Shown: one piece after another, positions 36,603 to 47,064 of the stretch
How the letters are laid out: each line of letters begins with the position of its first letter
How positions within the stretch are numbered: position 1 is the first letter of the stretch
Source of the DNA: Candidatus Nomurabacteria bacterium
Lineage (GTDB): Bacteria; Patescibacteriota; Minisyncoccia; Phycocordibacterales; UBA9973
DNA length: 64,000 nt
Direction of reading: 5' to 3'
Assembly (NCBI GenBank): GCA_026396065.1
Contig: JAPLXO010000011.1
Span: 10,748 to 74,747 of the forward strand
Notes under the pieces: generated by a model
The model's input: only the letters and a program-made list of their open reading frames with translations
Told to the model about the DNA's origin: nothing
Databases searched by the model: none
Program-made: the position numbers and the translations under genes

Positions 36603-37505
36603 ATGCACTGGCTTTTAATTGCAATATGGGCGCCGTTACTTTGGGCATTATCGAATCATATCGATAAATATTTGATTACGCGTTTTGGAGAAGGCATTGG
36701 CATACGAGGGTTGATTACTTTTTCTGCACTCATGTCTGGGCTTATCATTATTATTTCATATGTTGTCGATCCGAATGTTTTTTCTATTCTTTCAGCTGAT
36801 CGATTTATTTTAATGATTTCGGGAGTTTTATATACACTGGCAATTTTGCTATATCTCTATGCGCTTTCGCATGATGAAGCTTCCGTAGTGACGCCTACAT
36901 TTCAGCTAATTCCTGTATTTGCATTTTTCCTCGGTTTTATTTTCTTAAATGAAATGATGACAGGCAGGCAAATGCTAGGTGGGCTAGTGGTAATCCTGGG
37001 AGCGATAATAATTTCGACAAATTTTACTACTTTCAAATTTCGTAAAAAAGTTTTTTGGTTGATGATTTCTTCATCTCTGGCTTTTGCTATTTATAATATT
37101 TTATTTAAAGTCGGAGCAGGTGAGACTTTTTGGACTGCAATTTTTTGGCAATCAATAGGTACTTTTATTTCAGGAATTTTTATGTTCTGCTTGCCTAGCT
37201 TCCGCAGAGACTTTCTATCAATCTTTAAAAAAGATTCCGTCGCAATCGTAGGCTTCTCGTCACTCGTCGAGATTACCACTGTGGCAGGGAATATGCTCAT
37301 CTCAAAGGCTGTGATATTGGCCCCTGTGGTGGCTATGGTGCTGATGGTGGAGTCTTTTCAACCAATATTCGTATTTGTGTTAGGAATCATAATAACAGTC
37401 TTTATACCAGTATTTGGTAAAGAAGATTTGAGTCGTAAAATGATCATCCAAAAAATCTGCGCTATCGCCATAATCCTCGCCGGTAGCTTTTTGTTATATT
37501 TTTAA
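36603..37505 (+). CDS. EamA/DMT-superfamily transporter
   Basis: 300 aa from MHWLLIAIWAPLLWALSN; ~10 TM helices in two EamA-like halves. The ORF-track 5' extension overlaps the NUDIX gene and is rejected. Confidence 0.65.
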   Translation: MHWLLIAIWAPLLWALSNHIDKYLITRFGEGIGIRGLITFSALMSGLIIIISYVVDPNVFSILSADRFILMISGVLYTLAILLYLYALSHDEASVVTPTFQLIPVFAFFLGFIFLNEMMTGRQMLGGLVVILGAIIISTNFTTFKFRKKVFWLMISSSLAFAIYNILFKVGAGETFWTAIFWQSIGTFISGIFMFCLPSFRRDFLSIFKKDSVAIVGFSSLVEITTVAGNMLISKAVILAPVVAMVLMVESFQPIFVFVLGIIITVFIPVFGKEDLSRKMIIQKICAIAIILAGSFLLYF

Positions 37506-37528
37506 TGTTTTTATGCTAAAATATCCCT

Positions 37529-37918
37529 ATGCCTGAAGATATAAAAAAACCATACAATATATTTTTATACACATTACTCACTAGTTGCGCTGTCGTAATT
37601 ATAATTTCTTTTTACAGCTTTTTCTTTCAAAAAAATTACGATTTTATTGTAGAAACAAAATGTGACAATACTATGGAGACTTGTTTTTATCGTGATTGTT
37701 CTGTGGAAGGCGACTGCCCGCCAAATAATCTTTCTTATTACAAAGTGTACACACTAAAAGCTAGAGATTTTTCAAAATGTACGAATGAAGATTGTACCGA
37801 TTTTTGTAATCAAAATAACGGAATCTGTATACAAACAGAATGCACTGATTCTGATATAACAGATGGCACTTGTGTCGTGTCTACACCTATGAGTGACGTT
37901 CCTAATACTACAAACTAA
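37529..37918 (+). CDS. Small Cys-rich membrane-anchored hypothetical protein
   Basis: 129 aa; N-terminal TM; 12 Cys in the C-terminal 90 aa. Confidence 0.35.
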   Translation: MPEDIKKPYNIFLYTLLTSCAVVIIISFYSFFFQKNYDFIVETKCDNTMETCFYRDCSVEGDCPPNNLSYYKVYTLKARDFSKCTNEDCTDFCNQNNGICIQTECTDSDITDGTCVVSTPMSDVPNTTN

Positions 37919-37919
37919 A

Positions 37920-38732
37920 ATGACAATTTCAATCGGGGATTACAATACAATAATGGATGATAGAAATATTTTTAATCAGATTGTGTATACACCACTTTCC
38001 GAAGCTCTTCGTTTACTCGAAGAACGACAAAAAGATCCCGTTCTTATGGCAAAAGTAAACGAATTATTGAAAGGAGATATTCCAGAGGTTTTGAAAAATA
38101 AAAAATGTGGAGTTTTGTGTAGACAAATTGCAACTCCAAATAATGAAACAAGAATGTTTCTATCTATAGCTAAAGACAATAACTTTTCTCCTGTGTTATT
38201 AGAATTCCAAGATGACAAATTTACTTCTAACAACAAGTATAAACATTCTTTAGGGAAACTTTTTATAAAAAATGACGATAACCTAGGATTAGATTCTTTT
38301 ATAGATGAAATAAATATAATAGATTTTACTAAACATGATGGAAAAAAATTACGTGACATAGTAACATTATGGGAGGAACCTTTAGTTGATTTTCATAGAA
38401 GATTATTTGTTTTGCATGATTATAATACTACTGACTTTGATTTTCACGATGTTTCTTTATGGTTAAAAAATAATGGAGATACTGCTTTAAATTATTACAC
38501 TAATTTACTTACTTTATTCACTTGTTATGGAATTTTGTTTGAAAATTTTTTAATATCTAAAGATTCTGAAGGTGATTTTACAGAAAAAATAGTATTACCA
38601 GCAATTGAAAAAGTAATTAATCTAACAGGAGTAAAACCATTAATAGTTCCAATAGAACCCATGGATTTAGAAACAGAAAATTTTTGGCTACATCATTTAT
38701 CAAAAGTAAAAACCTTAATTCCTAAAAAATAA
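37920..38732 (+). CDS. Hypothetical protein
   Basis: 271 aa from MTISIGDY; no recognisable motif. Confidence 0.4.
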   Translation: MTISIGDYNTIMDDRNIFNQIVYTPLSEALRLLEERQKDPVLMAKVNELLKGDIPEVLKNKKCGVLCRQIATPNNETRMFLSIAKDNNFSPVLLEFQDDKFTSNNKYKHSLGKLFIKNDDNLGLDSFIDEINIIDFTKHDGKKLRDIVTLWEEPLVDFHRRLFVLHDYNTTDFDFHDVSLWLKNNGDTALNYYTNLLTLFTCYGILFENFLISKDSEGDFTEKIVLPAIEKVINLTGVKPLIVPIEPMDLETENFWLHHLSKVKTLIPKK

Positions 38733-38734
38733 CT

Positions 38735-40429
38735 ATGGTTGATATAAATACAATAATAAAAACATGTGACCAGTCAACAAATACAGTGAGAACCATTGTT
38801 TTTTACTCACATTTAATACCTATATTTTTGTCATTGACATTAGGTATTTTTGTATTTATTAAGGCAAAATTTAACCTTTACTCTAAAATATTTTTAGCTT
38901 TTGTTATTTCTTTTTGTATTTGGCTTGTTTGTGATTTGATGGCTTGGAATGCAAATGATTATCGTCTTATATACACAATGTGGGGTTTTCTTGATTTCAT
39001 TGAAATCGTATTTTATATTCTAGGTTTATATTTTATTATAACATTCGTTCAAGAACGAGATACAAAATGGTATACAAAATTATTTTTTACAAGTTTACTG
39101 GTAATTCCTTTTTATATCACTATTACAGGTCAATCTGTGACAGGATTTAATCAATCAGTTTGTGAGGCTAATAATAATGGTTTTATTTCAGATTATAAAC
39201 TTGTCGTAGAATCTTTTATTGGTATCGCTATTATATTCTATATTGTCCGAGCATTTATAGTAGAAAAAAATAAGCAACGCCGAAAAGCTGACATTATAGT
39301 GCTCGGTTCGATTCTTTCCTTTTTGGCAGTTTTTGGGATTACAGAATACTACGCTTCCATAACAGGGATTTATGAATACAATCTTTATAGTTTGTTTATT
39401 TTGCCGATATTTCTAGTAGCGATTATTTACGCAGTTTTTGAGCTCGATATTTTTAATTTTCATATACTCGGAACGCATTATATCGTGGCTGGGCTCGTGA
39501 TATTGATGGGTGGCCAACTTTTCTTCGTAAACGGTGCCGCCGATCAATTGCTTACTGTTATTACAGTTGTTCTTTCTATAGCTTTGAGTATTATTTTGTA
39601 TAGAAACTTGAAACGTGAATCATATCAGCGTATGCGCATTGAGAAGCTTTCTGTAGACTTGAACGAATCAAAGATGCGACTTGAAGATACAAATATGAAG
39701 CTCGAAGGTGCGAATGATAAATTGAAGTCACTCGATAAACTGAAAACAGAGTTCCTTTCACTCGCTTCACATCAACTTCGCAGTCCACTCACTGCTATCA
39801 AGGGATATACTTCGATGTTGCTCGAAGGAGATTATGGAGCATTGAATGCCAAAGCTCGCGAAGCGGTGGATCGTGTATTCCAATCTAGTAATTCACTCGT
39901 GCTCGTGGTGGAAGATTTACTCAACGTGACAAAAATAGAAAGTGGTGGAATGGTTTACACAATGACAAAATTCGACATTGCTGAAACTGCAAAAAGTATG
40001 GAAAAAAATCTTTCGATTGTCGCTGAGAAGAAAGGTTTGAAATTAACTTTTGAGAACGATAAGAAACCACCATATATGGTAAATGGTGATATCGAAAAGA
40101 TAAAACAAGTAATGCTAAACTTTATAGACAACTCTATCAAATATACACCGGACGGGAGCATTAAGGTTATTATTTCTAAAGATGACACTACAAAGAAGAT
40201 CCGTCTTTCAATAAAAGATACAGGAATGGGAATGACACCAGAAATCAAAGCTGGATTATTCAAAAAATTCGCTCGTGGTGAAGGAGCAAAAGTAAATGCT
40301 GGAGGTTCTGGGCTCGGCTTATATCTCGCTAAAAAGATTATTGAAGAAGGGCACCATGGCCTCGTCGGTGTCGATTCTGAAGGTACAGGAAAAGGTTCTA
40401 CATTTTGGATGGAGCTAGACTCTATTTAA
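38735..40429 (+). CDS. Sensor histidine kinase with polytopic N-terminal membrane domain (orphan)
   Basis: ~7 TM; coiled coil; H-box LASHQLRSPLTAIKGY; N/G boxes (IKDTGMGM, GGSGLGL) of HATPase_c; no response regulator adjacent. Confidence 0.8.
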   Translation: MVDINTIIKTCDQSTNTVRTIVFYSHLIPIFLSLTLGIFVFIKAKFNLYSKIFLAFVISFCIWLVCDLMAWNANDYRLIYTMWGFLDFIEIVFYILGLYFIITFVQERDTKWYTKLFFTSLLVIPFYITITGQSVTGFNQSVCEANNNGFISDYKLVVESFIGIAIIFYIVRAFIVEKNKQRRKADIIVLGSILSFLAVFGITEYYASITGIYEYNLYSLFILPIFLVAIIYAVFELDIFNFHILGTHYIVAGLVILMGGQLFFVNGAADQLLTVITVVLSIALSIILYRNLKRESYQRMRIEKLSVDLNESKMRLEDTNMKLEGANDKLKSLDKLKTEFLSLASHQLRSPLTAIKGYTSMLLEGDYGALNAKAREAVDRVFQSSNSLVLVVEDLLNVTKIESGGMVYTMTKFDIAETAKSMEKNLSIVAEKKGLKLTFENDKKPPYMVNGDIEKIKQVMLNFIDNSIKYTPDGSIKVIISKDDTTKKIRLSIKDTGMGMTPEIKAGLFKKFARGEGAKVNAGGSGLGLYLAKKIIEEGHHGLVGVDSEGTGKGSTFWMELDSI

Positions 40430-41812
40430 TTAAAGTTTTGAGATTTTAAAACCATTTGGTAGATCTTTTACTTCATAACCTAATGAGTTTATTTCTGCAC
40501 GCAATTCATCTGATTTTCTGAATTCTTTATTATCACGTGCGAGTTTTCTTTCTTCTGCTATAGCCAAGACTTGCTCTGGGATTATTTCATCAGAAAGTTT
40601 TTTTACTTTATCTAAACCAAAACCAAATACTTTATCAAAATCTAAAAGAGTAGATTTTTTTTCAGAATCAGATACAGAAACATCAGCAATTAACTGCCAA
40701 AGAAGGGCAATAGCTTTTGGAGTATTTAGATCATCATCCATACATTCTATAAATTCCTTTTTATATTCTTGGTTAATGATTCCATTTGTTACATCCATTA
40801 ACGGCATAAATGCTTTTATTAGACGTTCCAAGGCTATTTGAGCACCTTTCACAGACTCGAGAGTAAAATTTACCTTTGTTCTATAATGCCCAGTATAAAG
40901 CCAATAACGGAATGCAATTGGATTTATACCTTTTTCAATAAGATCACGAAGTGTGTAGAAATTACCAGCAGATTTTGACATTTTTTTCCCATTAACCATG
41001 AGATGCTCGTTGTGCAACCAATATTTAACAAATTTTTTACCAGTAGCACATTCGGATTGCGCAATTTCATTTTCATGATGAGGAAAAATAAGATCTACTC
41101 CACCAGTATGAATATCAAATGTTTCCCCGAGATTTTTAATACTCATAGCAGAGCATTCTATATGCCAACCAGGGCGTCCTTTGCCCAAGCTTGTATCCCA
41201 AAATACATCACCATCGTTTGCATCCCAAGCTTTCCATAAAGCAAAATCTTGAGCATTTTCTTTTTCGTATTCATCATTTTTTAGACGACCCTGTGCATTA
41301 TTTTTTAAATCTTCAAGTTTAAAATGTGATAATTTTCCATAATTTGGATCTTTTTTTATATTAAAATAAATAGAGCCATCATCACCTTTATAGGCATAAC
41401 CTTTATCTAAAAGAATTTCTATCATTTGTACCATTTCTTCTATATGATTTGTGGCTTTTGTATAAATATCTGCCTGTTCTATATTTAAGCTCTCTCTATC
41501 TTTAAAAAATTCTAATGTATAAAACTCAGTAAATTCTTTTAAAGATTTTTTTTGTGCAATAGAGTCACGAATCGTTTTATCATCAACATCGGTAATGTTC
41601 ATTACATGCTTCACATTATAATCAGAATATTTTAAATAACGTTTTAGTATATCTGTAAAAATATAAGCTCTATAATTACCGATATGTGGATAATTATAAA
41701 CAGTCGGTCCGCAGGTATACATGCGGACTTCTTCCAAATGCATTGGTAAAAAATCTTCTTTTTCCCTAGATAGAGTGTTATATAACTTTATTTTTTTATC
41801 ATTTAAAGCCAT
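40430..41812 (-). CDS. cysS: Cysteinyl-tRNA synthetase
   Basis: 460 aa; HIGN (class I HIGH variant); KMSKS (KMSKSAGN); CGPTVYNYPHIGN. Confidence 0.9.
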   Translation of the reverse strand: MALNDKKIKLYNTLSREKEDFLPMHLEEVRMYTCGPTVYNYPHIGNYRAYIFTDILKRYLKYSDYNVKHVMNITDVDDKTIRDSIAQKKSLKEFTEFYTLEFFKDRESLNIEQADIYTKATNHIEEMVQMIEILLDKGYAYKGDDGSIYFNIKKDPNYGKLSHFKLEDLKNNAQGRLKNDEYEKENAQDFALWKAWDANDGDVFWDTSLGKGRPGWHIECSAMSIKNLGETFDIHTGGVDLIFPHHENEIAQSECATGKKFVKYWLHNEHLMVNGKKMSKSAGNFYTLRDLIEKGINPIAFRYWLYTGHYRTKVNFTLESVKGAQIALERLIKAFMPLMDVTNGIINQEYKKEFIECMDDDLNTPKAIALLWQLIADVSVSDSEKKSTLLDFDKVFGFGLDKVKKLSDEIIPEQVLAIAEERKLARDNKEFRKSDELRAEINSLGYEVKDLPNGFKISKL

Positions 41813-42714
41813 TTTTTATGTTTAAAGAAAAGGAAAGTAATTAAACCTGTTAAAAACATTGCTACTACTACTAAGTAAAAATCAAATGGGCCATGAAGAA
41901 CTGCAAAATCTGAATTCATCATAAAAATCAAGGGAATAATTGATGCCGGTGAAATCATGAAAGTAAACATGGTTAAAATTTTCATTGTTTCGTTTGTCTT
42001 ACTAGAAAGTAATGAATCATTTGTATCACGTAAGTCCGTCACTGTTTCTTTATGAGCATCGAGAGCATTTTTTATTTTATTATATTCACCAATAATAGCT
42101 TCTAGGAAAAAAGAAAATTCAGGACCAAAAAATTTTTTACCAGCTGATTCAAAAGACTTCAATGCTTCAAAATGAAAACGCATTGCTTGTTTAAAATTAA
42201 GTAATTTTCTATTAACATCTGAAATAATTTTAACAGTTTCTTTTTCTTTTCCTTCAAAGATACCACGATCAATTTTCTTTATCTCTGGATTAATCATCTC
42301 CAAATCAGTCATCACATTTTTATAAAGTTCTTTTATGACATGGTAGAATAAATATCCGGCGTGTTCATTTTTGTCTTTCTTTTCTAGTAGAGCATGTACT
42401 TCAAATTTTTTAAAAAATTCATGTAGTGGATTTACTAATTCATAGTGAATAGTAATAAGAAAATTTTTACCAACAACAAAATCCACTTCTTGTTCGGCTT
42501 TTTTCTCTTTATTTTGATGACTGACAGGGAAGTGCAGAACTAAATAAATTAAATTATCATAAAGATCGACTTTTGAACGCACTGTCTCAGTAATAAATTC
42601 TTCAGCTACTAGTGGTGGTATATTAAACTCTTCAACCAAACTAAAAACTTCTTCAGTGGTCGGAGATTGTAAATCTACCCAAACGACACCATTATATGTA
42701 TATTTTGAAATCAT
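41803..42714 (-). CDS. CorA-like divalent cation transporter (possible)
   Basis: 303 aa; cytoplasmic N-domain then two C-terminal TM helices; degenerate MMNS in place of GMN. Confidence 0.5.
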   Translation of the reverse strand: MISKYTYNGVVWVDLQSPTTEEVFSLVEEFNIPPLVAEEFITETVRSKVDLYDNLIYLVLHFPVSHQNKEKKAEQEVDFVVGKNFLITIHYELVNPLHEFFKKFEVHALLEKKDKNEHAGYLFYHVIKELYKNVMTDLEMINPEIKKIDRGIFEGKEKETVKIISDVNRKLLNFKQAMRFHFEALKSFESAGKKFFGPEFSFFLEAIIGEYNKIKNALDAHKETVTDLRDTNDSLLSSKTNETMKILTMFTFMISPASIIPLIFMMNSDFAVLHGPFDFYLVVVAMFLTGLITFLFFKHKKWL

Positions 42715-42787
42715 GCTTATATTATATCAGAGCATTATTTTATATCCAACTTGCTTTTTTCTTAATATTCATATAATATAGAGCCAT

Positions 42788-43114
42788 ATGAGTAAAGACG
42801 AATTTGCAGTAATATTTACAGGTGGAAAACAATACAAAGTTGCCGTTGGCGAGGTTGTTTCTATTGAGAAAATAAAAGGGGAATACATAAAGGGCGACAA
42901 GCTTTCTTTTGACAAGGTTTTATTGGTTGATAATGGAAAGGATACGACTATCGGAATGCCTTTTATTGAAGGAGCAAAAGTAGATGCTGAAATTGTTGAA
43001 ATAGGCCGTGCACGCAAGGTTATGGTCATAAAATACAAGCAAAAGTCCCGCTATCTTAAGAGAAATGGTCACCGTCAACCATTCTTCAAAGTTAAAATAA
43101 CTTCTATAAAATAG
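42788..43114 (+). CDS. rplU: 50S ribosomal protein L21
   Basis: 108 aa; FAVI.TGGKQYKV..G...V.EK; C-terminal basic KQKSRYLKRNGHRQPF. Confidence 0.85.
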   Translation: MSKDEFAVIFTGGKQYKVAVGEVVSIEKIKGEYIKGDKLSFDKVLLVDNGKDTTIGMPFIEGAKVDAEIVEIGRARKVMVIKYKQKSRYLKRNGHRQPFFKVKITSIK

Positions 43115-43122
43115 TCTTTTGA

Positions 43123-43152
43123 AAAAATCCCTCAATGTGAGGGATTTTTTAT
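43123..43152. terminator. Bidirectional rho-independent terminator between convergent rplU and recR
   Basis: aaaaaatccctca-atgt-gagggatttttt; U-runs on both sides. Confidence 0.75.
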
Positions 43153-43760
43153 TGTCTATTTTTTAATGCGTTTTTGATGGTTTCATTGTCTGAATATTCC
43201 AGCTCTGTACCAGTAGAAAGTCCACGGCCGAGAGATGATACTTTTATTTTTAAAGATTCTGCTAACTCAGTAAGCTGACCTTTTAAATACATATCAGTAT
43301 GATCACCTTGTGGAGAAAGAGAAAAAGCTAAAATAATTTCTTTTAGATTTTTTTTATTTTTTATTTTATCTTTTAGCTCGTTTAGACGAATTCTACTCGG
43401 TGTACTTTTTTCTACTATTGGTACTAGTCCTCCTAGGACAAAATATTTTCCATTATAAAAACGACTTTTCTTTACACTTTCTAAATCAGAATCTTTTTCT
43501 ACAATCATCAACATCGATTCATCAAATCGTGAATCAGAACAAATATCACAAGTATTTTCTTTTCTCATTCCAATATTAAAAAATCTAAAACATTCTTTGC
43601 ACTGCGAAATTTCTTTCTTTAAATCTAAAATTAGCTTTGCAAGATTTTCTGAATAATTTGGATTTTTTGCCATTAAAAAATACACAAATCTTTTTGCTTG
43701 TCTTTCACCAATACCAGGGAATTCTTTAAAATGTTCTGTTAATTTTTCTATGCTATCCAT
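43149..43760 (-). CDS. recR: Recombination protein RecR
   Basis: 203 aa; HhH (FPGIGERQAKRF); C4 zinc finger (CKEC...C.IC); Toprim. Confidence 0.88.
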   Translation of the reverse strand: MDSIEKLTEHFKEFPGIGERQAKRFVYFLMAKNPNYSENLAKLILDLKKEISQCKECFRFFNIGMRKENTCDICSDSRFDESMLMIVEKDSDLESVKKSRFYNGKYFVLGGLVPIVEKSTPSRIRLNELKDKIKNKKNLKEIILAFSLSPQGDHTDMYLKGQLTELAESLKIKVSSLGRGLSTGTELEYSDNETIKNALKNRQ

Positions 43761-43766
43761 ATTATT

Positions 43767-45158
43767 TTAAAATTCATCTAAACCGTCACTAATTTTATTT
43801 GATGAAAATTCACTGAGATTACTCTTTTCAAGATTAAGGAATGAGGTAGTCTTTTCATCAAAATATAAATCAATTTTTCCGACTGGGCCATTTCTATGTT
43901 TTTCAACTAATATTTCAACTATATTTGTCTTTTCTGATTCATCTTTACCTCTATCCTCACGATGAATAAACATTACGACATCGGCATCCTGTTCGATAGA
44001 TCCAGAGTCGCGCAAGTCAGAAAGGCGAGGTCTACCACCACGAGACTCGACTGCACGAGAAAGCTGTGAAAGTGCAAGCACAGGAACATCTAGCTCTTTA
44101 GCCAAGCTTTTTAATGAACGAGAAATTTCTGTTACTTGATTTACCATATTGTCATAATTTTTACTAGTAGACATAAGCTGTAAGTAATCAACAATAATTA
44201 AATCCAAGCCTTTTTCAGCCTTTAACCGGCGAGAAATAGCTTTCATGCGAACAATTGAGTTACCAGCCTGATCATCAATATAGATAGGTGCCTTAGAAAG
44301 CTTATCTAAAGAATCACGAAGTAAAGAAAAATCTCTATCTGTATTGAGTTGACCTGTGCGAAGTTTCCATGCATTCACTTTTGATTCAGCAGAAAGCATT
44401 CTATCTACAAGTTGCTGTGAAGACATTTCCAAAGAAAATATTGCGACAGCTTTATTGTGCATTGTTGCTGTTATGCGAGCTATATCAAGAGCAAATGTTG
44501 TCTTACCCATACTTGGTCGCGCTGCAAGGATTATCAAGTCTGATCTTTGCAATCCTGAAAGTAAATTATCTAAATCTTTAAAACCAGTTGGAAGTCCACG
44601 AAGTGCACCTTTTGTTTCACTTAATTTAGAAAGTCTTTCAAAAGCTTCTGGAAGTGCATCTTTCATGCTCACAATTTTTTGGTTTTTTGGAGAAGAGACT
44701 ACACCAAAAATTCTTTTTTCAGCTAAATCTAAAATATCATCCATACGATCATCACCCTCTTCAAAAGCTAATTCTGAAACGTAATCAGCTGCATCTATCA
44801 AAGATCTTAAAACATATTTTTTCTGTACAATATCTGCATAATGTCTAACATTTGTAGAAGATGGAACAACGTTTACAATTTCTGCAAGATATTGATTTCC
44901 ACCGATTGCTTCTAGTAGCTTTTGTTCTTTTAATTTAGTAGAAAGCGAAAGCATATCGATCGGTTCATTTTTTAAAAACAAATCCATCATTGCTTGAAAA
45001 ATTATTTTATGTTTTTCAACATAAAAAGAATCCGCATTTACAACATCTTCAATTTCATGTAATGCGTCTTTGCGAAGCATTATTGACCCTAGAACAGCTT
45101 TTTCTGAATCAATACTTTGTGGTGGAATTCTAATTTCATTTTTTCTTTTTATTACCAT
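43767..45158 (-). CDS. dnaB: Replicative DNA helicase DnaB
   Basis: 463 aa; N-terminal DnaB domain (PPQSIDSEKAVLGSIM); Walker A ARPSMGKTTFALDIA; RecA-like core. Confidence 0.9.
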   Translation of the reverse strand: MVIKRKNEIRIPPQSIDSEKAVLGSIMLRKDALHEIEDVVNADSFYVEKHKIIFQAMMDLFLKNEPIDMLSLSTKLKEQKLLEAIGGNQYLAEIVNVVPSSTNVRHYADIVQKKYVLRSLIDAADYVSELAFEEGDDRMDDILDLAEKRIFGVVSSPKNQKIVSMKDALPEAFERLSKLSETKGALRGLPTGFKDLDNLLSGLQRSDLIILAARPSMGKTTFALDIARITATMHNKAVAIFSLEMSSQQLVDRMLSAESKVNAWKLRTGQLNTDRDFSLLRDSLDKLSKAPIYIDDQAGNSIVRMKAISRRLKAEKGLDLIIVDYLQLMSTSKNYDNMVNQVTEISRSLKSLAKELDVPVLALSQLSRAVESRGGRPRLSDLRDSGSIEQDADVVMFIHREDRGKDESEKTNIVEILVEKHRNGPVGKIDLYFDEKTTSFLNLEKSNLSEFSSNKISDGLDEF

Positions 45159-45251
45159 GAGTCCATTCTATGAGAGTTCGCGAAAAAAGTACATAGTGCC
45201 AAATGTAGATAACCTGTTATTAAACAGGAAAAAATATGATATTATAAGAAT

Positions 45252-46265
45252 ATGGAAAAAAATAATATAAAAAAGACAGTTTTAACAGGTGATAGACCTA
45301 CTGGCAAGCTCCATCTTGGGCATTTTGTAGGTTCTATACAAAATAGATTAAAACTTCAAAATGAAGCGGAAAAATCATTTTATATGGTTGCAGATATGCA
45401 AGCACTCACTGATAATGCTGAAAATCCAGAAAAAATTCGTATAAACACACTCGAAGTGGCTATCGACAATCTTGCTTGTGGTCTAGACCCACAAAAAACC
45501 ACAATGTTTATCCAATCTCAAATTCCTGAAATTGCTGAACTAGCACTATTGTTTATGAATTTGGTGACACTTGCACGTTTAAAAAGAAATCCCACAGTTA
45601 AATCTGAAATGAAACAAAAAGGTTTTGGTGAAGATGTCCCTGCTGGATTTTTAATATATCCAGTTTCTCAAGCTGCGGATATTTTGTTTGCAAAAGCAAA
45701 TTTGATTCCAGTTGGTGAAGACCAGAAGCCAATGATTGAGCAAACGAATGAAATCGTGGATAGTTTTAATCGTATTTATGGAGAAACTTTTGGACACGTA
45801 TCACACCTAGTCGGTGAAACACCTCGCCTCGTCGGCACAGATGGTAATTCAAAAATGTCTAAATCTTTAAATAATGGTATTTATCTTTCCGACTCTGATG
45901 AGGTTATAGAAAAAAAAGTAATGGAAATGTACACTGATCCAAATCATATACATGTAGAAGATTCAGGAAAAGTAGAAGGTAACGTAGTGTTTATGTATCT
46001 AGATATTTTTGATTCTAATAAAGAAGAAATTATAGAATTAAAAAAGCAATATCAAAAAGGTGGGCTCGGCGATGTCGTTCTTAAAAAACGTTTAGCGAAA
46101 GTTCTTTCTGAATTAATTACCCCAATCCGTGAGAGACGAGAAAAAATTGCCGAAAATCCAAAAGCCGTAATGGATATTTTACAAGAAGGTACAAAAAAGG
46201 CTCGTGAAGAAGCTATTAAAACATTAAATGAGGTTCGCCAAGCAATGAAGATAGATTTCTTTTAA
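45252..46265 (+). CDS. trpS: Tryptophanyl-tRNA synthetase
   Basis: 337 aa; TGDRPTGKLHLGHF (HIGH-type); KMSKS (NSKMSKSLNN). Confidence 0.9.
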   Translation: MEKNNIKKTVLTGDRPTGKLHLGHFVGSIQNRLKLQNEAEKSFYMVADMQALTDNAENPEKIRINTLEVAIDNLACGLDPQKTTMFIQSQIPEIAELALLFMNLVTLARLKRNPTVKSEMKQKGFGEDVPAGFLIYPVSQAADILFAKANLIPVGEDQKPMIEQTNEIVDSFNRIYGETFGHVSHLVGETPRLVGTDGNSKMSKSLNNGIYLSDSDEVIEKKVMEMYTDPNHIHVEDSGKVEGNVVFMYLDIFDSNKEEIIELKKQYQKGGLGDVVLKKRLAKVLSELITPIRERREKIAENPKAVMDILQEGTKKAREEAIKTLNEVRQAMKIDFF

Positions 46266-46282
46266 TAATTAATTATGAATAT

Positions 46283-46573
46283 ATGAAAAATAATTCAGAA
46301 CAATACAAAAAGGAAGTATTAGATATTATTTATAAAATAGCAAAAGATAAAAATTTACTAGAATCTTTTATGCAGGATATTCTCACGCCAAAAGAATATG
46401 ATAATGTAGGTGTCCGCTGGCAAATAGTGAAGAAGCTAGCAAAAGGGGAGAAGCATGAATATATTGCGAGTGATCTCAAGCTGGGTGTAGCTACAGTAAC
46501 CCGCGGATCTCGAGAAATGCGTAATAAAGACGGTGGTTTTCAGAAAGTACTAAAGTTTCTTAAACTCAAATAA
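46283..46573 (+). CDS. TrpR/YerC-family DNA-binding protein
   Basis: 96 aa; LTPKEYDNVGVRWQIVKKLAKGE..YIASDLKLGVATVTRGSREMRN matches the TrpR-like HTH (..GIATITRGS..L); adjacent to trpS. Confidence 0.65.
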   Translation: MKNNSEQYKKEVLDIIYKIAKDKNLLESFMQDILTPKEYDNVGVRWQIVKKLAKGEKHEYIASDLKLGVATVTRGSREMRNKDGGFQKVLKFLKLK

Positions 46574-46749
46574 ATAACTAGTAAAATTTATTTTTTAAAC
46601 CTACATATTAGAAAAGGTTCTTTACTTATATGTTATCCACAGCTCAATTTATTTGAGTGCTTGTTTTTTACATACTAGTATACTAGTATGATAGTATAAA
46701 GAAAAATTAGTTATTTAATAAATTGTAAAAACAATAAAAAAAGATAAGT

Positions 46750-46989
46750 ATGCTATTAGATTCAGAAAAAAACAAAATGGAGGAGCTCCCTTCATTACCA
46801 AAAGAGCCAAAATTTTGTAAGTTAATTAAACAAGACCGTGAGAAAATGGTTATCACTGTACTTTTTTACAAAGAACAGCAACCTATTACATATCACGTAA
46901 AAAAGTTTAATGAAACAGAAAATTACACCGTAGGTAATGAATATTACCTAATGAGCTACGAAAACGATGTGGTGACGTTATCACCATAA
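46750..46989 (+). CDS. Small hypothetical protein
   Basis: 79-aa ORF; preceded by the ACTAGTA(T/C)GATAGTATAAA motif. Confidence 0.3.
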   Translation: MLLDSEKNKMEELPSLPKEPKFCKLIKQDREKMVITVLFYKEQQPITYHVKKFNETENYTVGNEYYLMSYENDVVTLSP

Positions 46990-47064
46990 AAAACCAGTGG
47001 GCAAAGTATTTTTTACTTAGTCCACTGTTTTGTTTTTAATTCTTTTTTATGTTAAATTTATATT

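Noticed and set aside
41003-41239. Plus-strand ORF 41003-41239 and other short ORFs antisense to cysS, dnaB, aspS and pepN
   Set aside because: Antisense to confidently identified conserved genes. No supporting signals.
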